Under the pieces are notes generated by a model that worked only from the letters and a program-made list of their open reading frames with translations, was not told the origin of the DNA and ran no database searches. The translations under genes were made by a program, and so were the position numbers. DNA of 64,000 nucleotides from Macrostomum lignano (taxonomy: Eukaryota), in NCBI GenBank assembly GCA_002269645.1, contig NIVC01000046.1:205306-269305 (forward strand). The letters are read 5' to 3'. Every line of letters begins with the position of its first letter. The stretch's first letter is position 1. Positions 54,001 through 64,000 of the stretch are shown one piece after another.

Positions 54001-57000
54001 AAATTCTCGTTCTTTGCGCCATGTGCAGAAGCGCTGGAATCAATCATGCTGAGACGCTTAAAAGCAGTTCGCGGAACTCTTGCAGCTGAAATAGAGCTGG
54101 CAGCTGCTGGGCCAGAATCACCTACGCCAGCACTCCTTCTATAAGGAGATAATAATATTTAAAATGCACATTTATTCAACTCACTAAATCTGAAACGTGC
54201 TCAGATGACTGGTACTGCGCAAAAATCGCATAATCAGCACAGCAGCTAATGGGCCAGAAGGTTGATGTTGGTCTCTGGCTTCAGGATTCATCAGTGCAAG
54301 CAGCCGCTACAATTTAGAAGCGACTCCGTTCATCTGATCAGTTAAGTGACTCTGATGATCCTCAAGGCGGCTGCACCTTATAGCCAGTTCACTAAGAGTT
54401 GTAAGCTAAACAAATAAAATGCCTCGAAGAGAGTCCAGTGGGACATCCACAACTGCCTGGAATTGCTCCCCTATTTTTTTTGCAGCTGGTCTGAGCGGGT
54501 ATGCCGGCTCTGGAGCAACAACAGCCGCAGTGGCGACTTTCTCTGCCACAGCGGCTCTGCTCAGCGTTGGCTTTGGTGTTGGCATTTTGTCGCTGAGCGC
54601 GACAGTTGAAGCCCTTTCCACTGCCACTGAGGTCTTAGGTATAGTAGAATCATTGGTAGCTAAAGCATCTAACGCAGGAGCAGCCGCTGGCGTCGCTGGA
54701 TCATTCACCGACGTCGCAGGACTCGCAGGTGCAGCCTTCTGAATCTTGGTCAATGGCGTCGGATATTTGTTACTCGGTAGTGGCAACAACTGATTTTTAG
54801 TGTCCGGTAAAACTGTGTCCGAGAGCAAAAAGCGGAATTGTGGTTCTCCTCGAAATCGGCTGTCTGCTCAGAGTAGAAGCCGTCTGTGTATGAGGCTGAA
54901 GCCAGTTGCGCATGCTGTGGTTGTAATAACAAAATAGACGTAAAACTTACTTACTTACTCTTACTCGTAGACGTAAAACCTTAGGGTTACTTGGATTTCG
55001 AAAACATCTCAAATCAAACTCTTGCTCCACTTACTCGTAATTTAGATTGGTACGCACGGCGCACCTGTAGAACGTCAAATTAGGTTAAAACTCTTGGCTG
55101 CACGAGATTGAGAATCAGTGAGGTGCAAGGTGGCGTGATCAGTGTACGCACTGATTAAAAAAAACTTGAAGTGGGGCAGACTGGAAAGGTTGAGGCTGGG
55201 TGCGAGAGAAAAAAGGCACGATTACACAAGTACAAATTGTACGTTAAAATCGATTAAAATCAGTAGGGTTTTAATTAGACAGTGAATTAAATAAAAAACC
55301 GGTAGGTTTAAGATGCCTTAAGGCGAATCAGGTGCTTGACAATGGGTACTGGTAATGCTTGCTGTGCACCGTAAGTGGAAAATGGCTCAGAAGTCTGCGC
55401 CCTTGAGGTGGTTGTCATTCAGGTACTAGTACATGCATGCAGCCCTGACTACGGCCTTCGGGGTGTGGCTTCAGAAGTTAGACTTTGCAGTCCAGTTCGC
55501 GGCAGAGCTTCTGACAAGCAGTTTCCTTGTCCTGCAGTGAACGTCGTAGAAGTTCAAGTAGCTTCGGCGCTTTGAGCCTCATAGGCTTCCATTCTCGTCC
55601 TGTATGGGAGCATACAAGTCGGCCGAGTTGACAGTGATGTATGCCTCTTCTGTGGGTTTCTGCCTAGCCCGGCTGGCGATAGGATCCGGCAGTGTGTGGT
55701 TCACAATGTGCAGACCCCACTTTTCGTGGTGACGCTTGCCGTACGCTGGATGTTATTTGGGTGTGCGCGTCGCTGCCTACTCGCGGAATGCGCGCATAGC
55801 GCTCTTTTTCAGAAGATACACGGCTGATGCGAAATTAGCAGCTTTGTCCACTATCATGTGACTATCATTTGGCACCTCTCCCTTGAGGCAATTAGGTATA
55901 CGTGTACTAGTGATCTCAATCAGGTTCTCAATCAGTGATTATTGTGTCGTATGCAATTTGAAAGCTCGGCTGGTATGGCAGGGTTCCACTGGCATTCGTG
56001 CAGGATGTGCTCAGAAACAGCGGCCGATGCTTCAGAGAAGTAGATCTCGAAGGCCCGTTTGAATTCAGGAGCCTTGGCCCCTCGCTTCAGTGCACGAGCC
56101 AAGGCCAAGTCACGACCGTGTGAAGACACTCTAGCAACTGCCGCGCCGCGTAGAAGTTAAAAATGCTGCGGGTCTGTTACTCTGTTCATGGAGGCTGGTG
56201 ATTCTGCGGCTAAACTTACAATCCGCTTTGGCATACACCTTCATTGGGACCATAACGTCGCTCCCGTCTACGAAGTGGCGGTTTAGGTAGATGAAGTTTA
56301 TGCCGCTGTAGATGGTTTTTGACACCTCCACTGCGTAGTCCGACCTTGCGTAGACGTCGACAGTGGCCTGTAGAATGGGTCAGTCACCCGTTGCGCCTCT
56401 GCTTTTGACCGCAGGAGTGGAACGGCTAGGAGCGCAAAGTCTATCATACACAGGGCTAGTGCATTCTCCTGCGGCAGGAGAAGGCCCTTGTCTTTGGCAG
56501 TCCGGACTATGTAGCTTAGCATGTTTGCGTGGTACATTGTGTCACATGTCGGTGTCCAGCCCTGGAAGGTGCTATAGTTCTGTTTACTAGCCATGCTTGG
56601 TAATATTGAGAGTGATGTCGCGCCAGAACCTTTCCAGGTCCCAGCCAGAGCCGAGCTTTGTTATACATGGTTGATCCCCCGATTGTGGGACAGAATCACT
56701 TAGCAGTCTGCAACCAAGTCACACAACAGTATGACAGTGTATCTGCAGGTGGGTACCGGGTCGAAACCGGCAGGCGGCACGTAGTCTTGTCCTCGAGAGC
56801 TGCGTGAACGCTGCTATCTCGTGGAACGTCCGCTCCATGAACTCTGGCGTCCTGGTCCTCTTTATGCTGGAGGCTCACTGGTGCAGATGGTGATCAGTCT
56901 GGGTGTTCAGCTCACGAGTGATATCGTCGTGACTGAAAGTCTCCCTGGCCTTGTCTTCCGGCTTCGTGTTCTCTGCTTTAGCAGCCATTAGAGCGATGTT

Positions 57001-59072
57001 GAGCTTGCCAAGACGGTGGCCGATGTCTGCTGCGGGCTGTATCTGTTATATTGTGCACTTCTTAGATAGGATGTTTCCGTACGTCAGGCAATAGTTCAGC
57101 TCGCACCAAACTTCTCGGGGTAGCACTTGGATTTTTGAGAGGTTAGAATAGGCGTCAGTGTCTGCCAGGGCAGGCGTCACATCCTGGTAGGTCTCGGCCC
57201 AATTGCTCGTGTCCTCCACCAAAAAGTTGCCACGCAGCCGATAGCGCCCCCACTCGGCTGCGTCTGGCAACATCAGCTTTGAGACTAAGTCGTAGCCTTT
57301 GTTTGTCTCGTAAGATTGGTAGTCCGTGGGCAGTGACATGTGCTAGGCTCGGCATCTGCACATATCACATAAAGCACACAAGCTCCTTAGGTTTTTAGAA
57401 CATTTTGGCCATCGTCTTGTCGAACATTACCTCTGGGTCGATGTCTGGCGCAGGAAACACAAACACGTAGAATATGTAGGCCAAGTCAAGCTTTTCGCGG
57501 TCGGACAGGTCTAGCTAGCTGGGCCTGTTCGGGCGCCATGTAGAAATATAGCATTGAATTATTTGATACACTTGGATTAAAATTAATTAATTGGAATTGG
57601 AAGGAACAGTGAGTAGCACGGGGTCTAAACGAGTGTATTTATAATACACTAAAGGAAAAAAGAAGTTGAGCGCGCAATGGAGGAATGAGGTGAGATTGAA
57701 GAGCCAATTAGAAAACAGCAAGTGATAGATAAAGTTCTGAAGTGGACTGAAGAGTGGAACTTAGCTTTCCTTGTCCTTGTAAGTAATATTAATGGATAGT
57801 AAAATAAAATATCCATCCTAAAAACTAAAAAACTTAAAGATTAAAAGTGAGCAATAACTTGTATGCTTTAAAAATTGTCTATAAAATAATAATTTAATTT
57901 ACCAAATTAGGTTAAACTGCCAAATGCCTACAAATGACCTTTTAAATTTCAAAAGTAAAGGATAAAAATACAATTGACAACAAATCTCGTACAGCCATGA
58001 ACTGTGCAACAAAGAGGCCATAATATAGCTGGGGGCTGCCACACCTAACCGAAGTTTTTCTGAAGCTTACACTGGTATAACCCCTTTATAGCTTAATAAA
58101 AAAGAAATTTAGTGTCATATAGAAATTTAGTATAGTTGAATTTGATGTAAATTATTGTATTAGGTCAAGAACCAAAGAGTAGAGACCTCTTGTTTAAGAG
58201 TCCAATACTCTAACCACCATGCTCTAGGCTAGGCCCACAAGTCCCTTAAATTTTATACACAGTATAGTAGACAATATATTGTGCGAATATTGCTATATAA
58301 TGCACAAATATGGCCTTATAATCCAGACATATGCCTAGCATAGTAAAATACTTGAAAGAAAATAATCTTACATTGATAAAAGTCTGATATTGTACCCTCA
58401 ATGCTGCGTAGAGCCATACTACTGCGTGACAGGTAGTGGTATGTTAAGGACATGTTTTCATATTGTATATTTTGTGTCTGCATTCGGCCATCCACAAAAA
58501 TCTTCCAGATAATCTATCTGCATTATCTATCCATTCCAATCGGTCAGTCATCTATTGGCAAACGCATAAATCATAATAAAACAAAGAGCGCTAACATATA
58601 CATGTTTCATAATTGACTTTTTCAACAGAAGTCAAAATGGAGGTTGCACTTTTGAAATTAATGGGAATTGGAACACTACTATCTAACATTTATCTCTAAT
58701 ATGAGGATTTATATATCTACAAGTTTTGAGCACTTTGTCATCCCACACCGCAGATATGGCATACCCGCTAAGCTGACCCAGGCCGGGGACCTGCCAGACC
58801 GAGCCCAGTGCCGCGTGCCCTTCGGTCTGCTGGACTGGCCCGACTACAACTTGAACGAGAACCTCTCAGCCATTGTAACCGGCCTGTTGAATGAGAAACC
58901 AAAGAAATCCAATCGTGAATTCATCATGTCAGTCTCGGTCGCGTGTCCTCCGTCTGACGAGCTGTTCCTACTGGATTGGAAACCGTACACCATTGCGGCA
59001 GATTCTTCAAGCACTGCTGCTCACACGGTAGCACCGGATACGGCTGATGCTGTTGCGGCTTCTGCTAGTTAA
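45079..59072 (+). CDS. MRPL1: Mitochondrial 39S ribosomal protein L1 (uL1m); exons 45079-45558, 49213-49517, 58754-59072 (~367 aa)
   Basis: Basic presequence. EILRRHREFACPEMLDNP, VIAF...GAMDAGGADL, FDYVICHPDF and GLLDW...ENLSAIV match uL1m. Phase 0 and phase 2 GT-AG introns close the frame. Confidence 0.88.
46226..47041. mobile_element. Non-autonomous inverted-repeat element (~120-bp arms) with IS630/Tc1-like N-terminal remnant
   Basis: 46226-46348 is inverted to 46920-47041. Internal minus frame GREPYRKISNEKYDLIVAA. Confidence 0.7.
47076..48375 (-). mobile_element. Full-length Tc1/mariner DD37D (maT) transposon, TA TSD
   Basis: 27-bp TIRs CCCG(A/G)TGCGCCA(C/G)ATACCA(G/A)GGAACAC with 3 mismatches, flanked by TA at 47074-47075 and 48376-48377. 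Confidence 0.92.
47197..48252 (-). CDS. Intact DD37D transposase (probable start MEHKRR)
   Basis: HTH N-terminus; FSDET, WQQDGAPAH and SPDLSPLDY with 37 residues between the 2nd and 3rd Asp. Confidence 0.93.
   Translation of the reverse strand: MSLACGPLISCNFPMEHKRRAVVELLKRGSTPTQISKCLGVTRKTVYATKRLWEATGDVKVSRKRTKTARTKTLITSVKRKIASNARRSLRSLAAQSGVSATTMRRLVHEDIGAKCFKRQVRHHLPEGAVEERQRRARALLSRLKSKRPDTVVLFSDETPLHLDEFLGPENSRYIAKSSKMVSWSVKAVEKTKYCGGLQLLGVVASDGQVAPPIFLDRGERLNAAKYVDILRQHIFPWARQTFGDAWIWQQDGAPAHTARLTQEFLSSEAPDFWPKDLWPAHSPDLSPLDYGIWPRLKARACAKRHSNVAALRRSVQREWHAMPRVFVQRTCAAFRGRLSKVIEAGGSYFE
48387..49172. mobile_element. Non-autonomous element with ~155-bp inverted arms and IS630/Tc1 (DDE_3) C-terminal remnant
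   Basis: 48387-48540 is inverted to 49020-49172. Internal LPGYSPFLNPSEF motif at 48656-48952 (-). Confidence 0.8.
49900..51540 (-). pseudogene. Endogenous viral element copy A (rearranged RdRp fragments)
   Basis: CTATCGGCTGCGTGGC.ACTTT and CTACGACG.TCACTGC.GGACAAG are shared with 55320-57545. The minus strand also encodes VTVEYRFVAEQLIAAKYMAPPEHL. Confidence 0.7.
51566..51980 (-). mobile_element. Probable solo LTR related to the 33-43 kb Gypsy family
   Basis: Starts TGAAAT and ends GACGCCTAACACAAAACTAGCGACTTATTACA, similar to the big LTR end. Internal ~45-bp hairpin. The TSD is not exact. Confidence 0.5.
51995..53410 (-). pseudogene. Endogenous viral element copy B (local duplicate of copy A, extends further 5')
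   Basis: 51995-53100 is colinear with 49835-51350, including AT-rich inserts. Confidence 0.7.
54406..54828 (-). pseudogene. Orphan Ala/Pro/Thr-rich ORF fragment, ends in ELM2-like KIGEQFQAVV
   Basis: 140-codon GC-rich ORF; the motif resemblance is weak. Confidence 0.25.
55320..57545 (-). pseudogene. Endogenous viral element: Qinviridae (Yingvirus)-like RNA-dependent RNA polymerase core, with stops and frameshifts
   Basis: Ordered motifs LDLAYIFY...PAPDIDP; ELNYCLTYGNILSKK; AAKAENTKPEDKARETFSHDDITREL; motif B FQGWTPTCDTMYH; motif C ALCMID(F); VSKTIYSGINFIYLNRHFVDGSDVMVPMKVYAK...RRITSLHEQ. Confidence 0.78.
58160..58236 (-). mobile_element. Degenerate tRNA-derived SINE head
   Basis: Minus strand GCATGGTGGTTAGAGTATTGGACTCTTAA...GGTTC gives an A-box-like and weak B-box-like pattern. 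CpG-eroded. Confidence 0.3.
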
Positions 59073-59149
59073 TCATTTACTTATAATGTAGTATGGATTT
59101 CACTGCTTTTAAAGGTTTTGTTAATGTACTTAGTTAATAAATTAAAATC

Positions 59150-59710
59150 TCAGGTGAGATTTGAGAATAGACTCAGATAGATCTCGCAATTGAGATTTGA
59201 GAATTGAATCAGATAAATCTCAGGTGAGATTTGAGAGTAGTCTCAGATAAATCTCACTGTTAAGATCTCACTGTTGAGATTTGAGAATAGACCTAGATTA
59301 ATCTCAGTTGAGATTTGAGAACAGACTCAAATTAATCTCAGTTGAGATTTGAGAATAGACTCAGATAAATCTCGCAGTTGAGATTTGAGAATAGACTCAG
59401 ATAAGTCTCAGGTGAGATTTGAGAATAGACTTAGATTAATCTTAGTTGAGATTTGAGAATAGACTTAGATTAATCTTAGTTGAGATTTGAGAATAGACTC
59501 AGATAAATCTCGCAGTTAAGCTTTGAGAAGAGACTCAGATTAATCTTAGTTGAGATTTGAGAATAGACTCAGATAAATCTCGCAGTTAAGCTTTGAGAAC
59601 AGACTCAGATTAATCTCAGGTGAGATTTGAGAATAGACTCAGATAAGTCTCAGGTGAGATTTGAGAATGAACTCGGATAAATCTCAGGTGAGATTTAAGA
59701 ATAGACTTTG
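59150..59710. repeat. 33-35-bp tandem array with self-complementary unit ends
   Basis: TGAGATTTGAGAATAGACTCAGATAAATCTCAGG, about 16 copies. Confidence 0.92.
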
Positions 59711-60096
59711 ATAAATAAACTCGTACAATTAGCTCAATAAACTCAGCAACATATTAAGATTGTCCACTAATTTGCAATGAAACAGAGTCTGTTTTTTCAA
59801 GTGAGCATTTCTCATGCGCTTCAATACAAAAGTGAATTTGTCCGCATCAAAGCCATTGGCGATGGAAGTTGTTATAATGTTTCTATTTCTTTATTGGCCA
59901 GTCACCTACCAGCTAAAAGTATTTATTGAGCATCGTTGTTTGTGTCTGTAAATTAAAACAATAATACGTTTTTCCTGGATAATTCAAATTAGACTACTCA
60001 TACTTCGAGTAAATTAGTAGGGTAGTGAGCTTTTAGCGTAATTTTTAAACAAGTTAGAAAACAGCATCAAGAATCTATAAAATTTCCAGCTTGTCT

Positions 60097-60696
60097 ATGG
60101 CTTCCCCGGTTGATTCCGAAGAGCAAAGAAATCCCACTGAGGCGTCTTCTTCAACTCGGAGTCCCGACACCGAGTGTCAAGATCCCGCTGCTACATCATT
60201 CCCGTTGGATGCCGAGTTCAGTTTAGGCAATGCTCCAAGCGTTAGTTGGGCCAACTTTCTTGCTGACTGGCGCGCGGCCGATGCTCCAGCAGACAGAAAT
60301 CGAGTAGTGCGACTGCATTTGGATCATTTTTTACACACTCGCCGGTTTCAGGTAGTTTTTTTAGTATTTTTCTATTATTGTTTCGGTCTTTGTTTGAAAG
60401 CTAAAGTCTTTGTAGCTTAAATGGTGTCAGACTGTCAGTCTTTGTAGCTTAAATGGTGTCAGACTGTCAGTCTTTGTAGCTTGATGAAGTTTTAGATTGT
60501 CAGTCTTTGTAGCTGAATGGTGTCAGATCGTCAGTCTTTGTAAATAAATTATGTCAAACGGGGACAGTCTGTAACTAAATTATGTCAGACAGTAATTCAG
60601 TCAGTCTTTGTAGCTGATGATGTCATATTGTTAGTCTTGTTTTCTCACAAGAAAAAGCAAGTCTAATCATATGACGAATCATTTAGTGCGCAATTT

Positions 60697-60727
<31 letters not shown>

Positions 60728-62057
60728 AGATCGCGGTCATAGTCCTGGTGCTACTTGATGCAATAATTGTGGTCGCTGAGTTGGCCATCGATCTCGGCCT
60801 GCTCAGCTCCTCCGGTCGCGAGGGCCACGAGTCCAGCGCCTGGCCCCACGTACTGCACTCGTTGAGTCTGACAATTCTAAGTCTGTTTCTACTAGAAGCA
60901 ATGCTGAAATTGTACGCTATGGGTTGGAAAATTTTCCACCACAAGATGGAACTGTTCGATATGTTTGTCATTGTGGTGTCCTTCGGTCTGGATGTGGCCA
61001 GCGCCGTGCCCGGGTCGCAGCTCACCGCCCTGTTCGGCCTGGTGGTGCTGCTCAGGCTGTGGCGTATTGTCCGCATTGTGAATAGTGAGCTAGAGTTCCT
61101 TGTTTAAGTGGGGGGGGGGAATTCTTTCTTTTTTAATCGCATAGTAGCCGCCTACACGACTCTCCTTAAAAGAATCGTCCTTAAAAAATCGCCCTTTTAA
61201 AGAGTCGACTTTATAAAAAATCGCCCCTATAAAAATCGCCCCTATAAAAATCGCCCCTATAAAAATCGCCTCTATTTAAATTGCCCTCCATAAAGAATCA
61301 CCCCATAAAGAATCACCCCTCAAAAGAATCGCCCCTCAAATAAATCGCCCTTCAAAGAATTGCCCTTCATAAAATCGCCCTTCAAAGAATCGCCATCAAA
61401 AGAATCGCCCCTCAAAAGAATCGCCCCTCAAAAGAATCGCCCCTCAAATAAATCGCCCTTCAAAGAATTGCCCTTCATAAAATCGCCCTTCAAAGAATCG
61501 CCATCAAAAGAATCGCCCCTCAAAAGAATCGCGCTTCAAAAGAATCGCCCCTCAAAAGAATCGCGCTTCAAAAGAATCGCCCCTCAAAAGAATCGCGCTT
61601 CAAAAGAATCGCCCCACAAAAGAATTGCTCCGCAAAAGAATTGCTCCGCAAAAGAATCGCCCCTCAAAAGAATCGCCCCACAAAATAATCGCCCTCAAAA
61701 AAATCGCCCCTCAAAGAATCGCCCTTTAAAGAATCGCCCCCCCCCAAAGAATCGCCCCAACCCGGCGCACCCGCAGGCATCGCCCTCTCCATCCGGCTGC
61801 AGGGCAAGAAGGCCCTGGTCAGGCAGTCGGAGCTGCTGGAAGCTGCCGAGAGTCGCTGTCAGGAACTCAATAATCGAATCGCTGAACTCAACGCTGGCCT
61901 TAGCGATGCTCTAGACCTGCTGCAGTCAGTCGGCAAGGATCCATCCATAGCATCGGGGCTTGTGGACGCTAAAAAGTTACAACAGTTGCAGGAACTGCTG
62001 GAGCTGACTGCTCCCGATGCTGAAACAGAAGTCTTGGGGCGAAATGACTGTGAATAA
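60097..62057 (+). CDS. HVCN1: Voltage-gated proton channel Hv1 (exons 60097-60351, 60730-61084, 61777-62057; 296 aa)
   Basis: S1 selectivity Asp (LLDAII), S3 ELFD and S4 LLRLWRIVRIVN. No pore domain. C-terminal coiled coil. Splice phases 0 and 1 are consistent. Confidence 0.93.
60405..60625. repeat. 32-bp degenerate tandem repeat (Hv1 intron 1)
   Basis: GTCTTTGTAGCTTAAATGGTGTCAGACTGTCA units. Confidence 0.8.
61150..61760. repeat. ~15-16-bp AAGAATCGCCCC array (Hv1 intron 2)
   Basis: About 38 units seen directly. Confidence 0.92.
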
Positions 62058-62639
62058 AATTTACTGGTAGCTACTTGTGAGACCAATCTCTACTTGTGAT
62101 GCGCTGATCTTTTTTCTAGTGAATCGGTTTTTCATTTCTCTGATATTTGCACACGAGAATAATTGAGTTGTGTGAGACAATTTCGCATTGATTCTCAAAA
62201 TGCTCAACAATCTACTTGATCCTGCCTTTGTTGCCTTCCAATTACTATGATTTGTTTTACACAATTTTACAAATATTTTAATCCAAATTATCCTGATTTT
62301 TCAATCTGTGCAATGAATATATTTTTAATAAATCATGTTTTATATATTCTTCTATTTTCGTTTTCAGATTAAATATATGCAATTGTGCTTATCTTTACAA
62401 GCATATTTTACTGATAATATTATTTATTATTGAGTAGATGAATGAAACCAACAAGCTAAACAGTTTTTGTGTCTTTTGATTTATCGATTGTATTAATTGA
62501 GCAGATTGAGTAACACTGTATACATGTAATTAGAAATTCAAATATATAGTTAATTGTAAATGTCAATGATATTATTTAGTTATTGTTAATTTCGAATAAA
62601 TTCCAAGTAAAAAAAAAACGGAATTCGCAGCTTTCTGTT

Positions 62640-62735
62640 ACTGGAGACTGGCGTCTACATTCAGGAGAACTTTGATTACGTCATCTGTCATCCAGACTTT
62701 TGGCCCAGTCTGTTGAAAGCTAGGAAACTATTGAA
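62640..62735 (+). pseudogene. 96-bp duplicate of MRPL1 exon 2 interior
   Basis: Matches 49353-49448. Confidence 0.9.
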
Positions 62736-62759
62736 AACTATACAAAAGTTACAATACAA

Positions 62760-63790
62760 TAGTTACCAAACTATATGCCAGAGCTGTAGTTACTACCAGG
62801 ATGTAACCACGTTTTGGTCGCGGGATCATGTGGGGAATTTTTCGAAATGTCCCAGATCCCCTTTGACCCACTGGGCAGAGCTGTCGGGACTGGGCCGGGT
62901 CCCTGCCTGACCAGACCGACTGACTCCTGACTCAGCCACACTTGCCTTTCCGGAGCCCCTTTTTGTGCAACTCCGCCTGCCTTCCCGTTTCTCATGTTCC
63001 CCACCCCATTTATCATGTATTTCTCTTGACTTACTTTGACTTAGCTGCAGGGCTGTCCCGGAGGGGACACAGTGGGAAGGCGCGAGCGCCCATTCCGCTA
63101 GTCCCTGAACGGCCGACGCGTCGCTATGGACGGAGGGTTGGCGCCGCCCAGGGAGGTCCCCCAGTGTCGCCAGCAGCTATAATGCTCTCTGGAAAGGAGA
63201 GTTCAGCCCTGCGGGTGGCCCGAAGGTAGCGCATGAGCTGATTAAAGTTTTCGGGTTTGCACGCTTCAGTAATAGATGTGTGTGGCCCGAGGTAAGTGAG
63301 TCTGGCCCGCGTGAAGGCGGGACAGATGCTGACGAAATGCTCAGCGGTTTCGTCACCTGAGTTGCAGAAACTGCAGGTGGCGTTGGTGGCGTTGCCCTGC
63401 AGGTACTGGTGCCTGGAGAAGCAGCCGTGACCAGAGAGGGTCATGGTGGCAGCCCGGATGTCTCTGCGCGAGAGGCGCAAGAGAAGCTTCCGGAGCTGGT
63501 GAGAGGGCTGAGGGACAGCGCCTCTGGATTGCCTGCAGTTCGTGCGGTTCGCCCAAGTCGAGCGGTGCTGAGTCCTGATCCACGCTTTGATGCGCGAGTC
63601 GATGACACAGCCAGGAATCGGGACAAGAGGTTCGGGGCCGAGAGAGGAGCCGGAGGCACCAACTTTTGCAAGGGTGTCAGCCAACTCATTTCCTCGGATC
63701 CCCACATGCCCCGGAACCCACTTAAGGGTAATTTTGTTGGCGGAACCCAACACGTTGAGGAGTTTGATACAGTCGAGGATGTATTTCTCA
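62760..63790 (-). mobile_element. 5'-truncated LOA/Lian-like LINE (RNase H + C-terminal CCHC + 3' UTR)
   Basis: LKWVPGHVGIRGNELADTLAK (RNase H); LSGHGCFSRH...CSFCNSGDETAEHFVSIC; uninterrupted 209 codons. Confidence 0.88.
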
Positions 63791-64000
63791 CGTTCCCCAT
63801 CTTTTAATCGTGCATTAGCGAGTTTTCTTGCGCTTTCCCCTCCTCATCCCGTGCCTACTTAGAGTATTGTTTGTGCTCAGCGTCACCCCATCTCCTTTTA
63901 GGATCCCAATTTGTGACGCACGGTAGGTTCCTGACCCTGACACGATGACTCAAGTGATTTTCGGCGTGAGAACCAAAAATTTCTCGTCCTATCTTTGGAC

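Noticed and set aside
57640-57785. VLKWTEEWNLAF RT-like remnant
   Set aside because: Too short and eroded to call as a feature; possibly a CR1/L2 crumb.
59150-59710. Palindromic ~34-bp repeats as CRISPR
   Set aside because: No spacers, no cas genes, eukaryotic context.
61360-61914. 184-aa Lys/Pro-rich ORF
   Set aside because: Translation of the intronic AAGAATCGCCCC array.

Overview
AT-rich animal genomic DNA with spliced genes. Gene style suggests a free-living flatworm such as Macrostomum; this is inference only. Four host genes can be reconstructed with phase-consistent exons: a secreted WSC+PAN/apple-like protein (7681-8419, -), PIG-W/GWT1 (18230-22900, -), mitochondrial ribosomal protein uL1m (45079-59072, +) and an Hv1 voltage-gated proton channel (60097-62057, +). 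Mobile DNA dominates the rest. It includes a full-length 10-kb Ty3/Gypsy element (33259-43298, 4-bp TSD, tRNA-Leu PBS, extra 3' ORF), an intact DD37D (maT) Tc1/mariner, LOA/R1-type LINE fragments, several MITEs and many tandem arrays. Three observations stand out. (1) A decayed, locally triplicated endogenous viral element resembling the RdRp of Qinviridae-like negative-strand RNA viruses lies antisense in MRPL1 intron 2. (2) A 3.8-kb foldback element with ~650-bp TIRs and 176-bp subrepeats carries a transposase-like/SWIM region fused to a USP (C19) deubiquitinase Cys box. (3) Sharply bounded CpG-void patches occur, together with one-sided CpG erosion of one LTR, which resembles methylation- or RIP-like mutation. 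Family assignments come from motif recall, not database searches.
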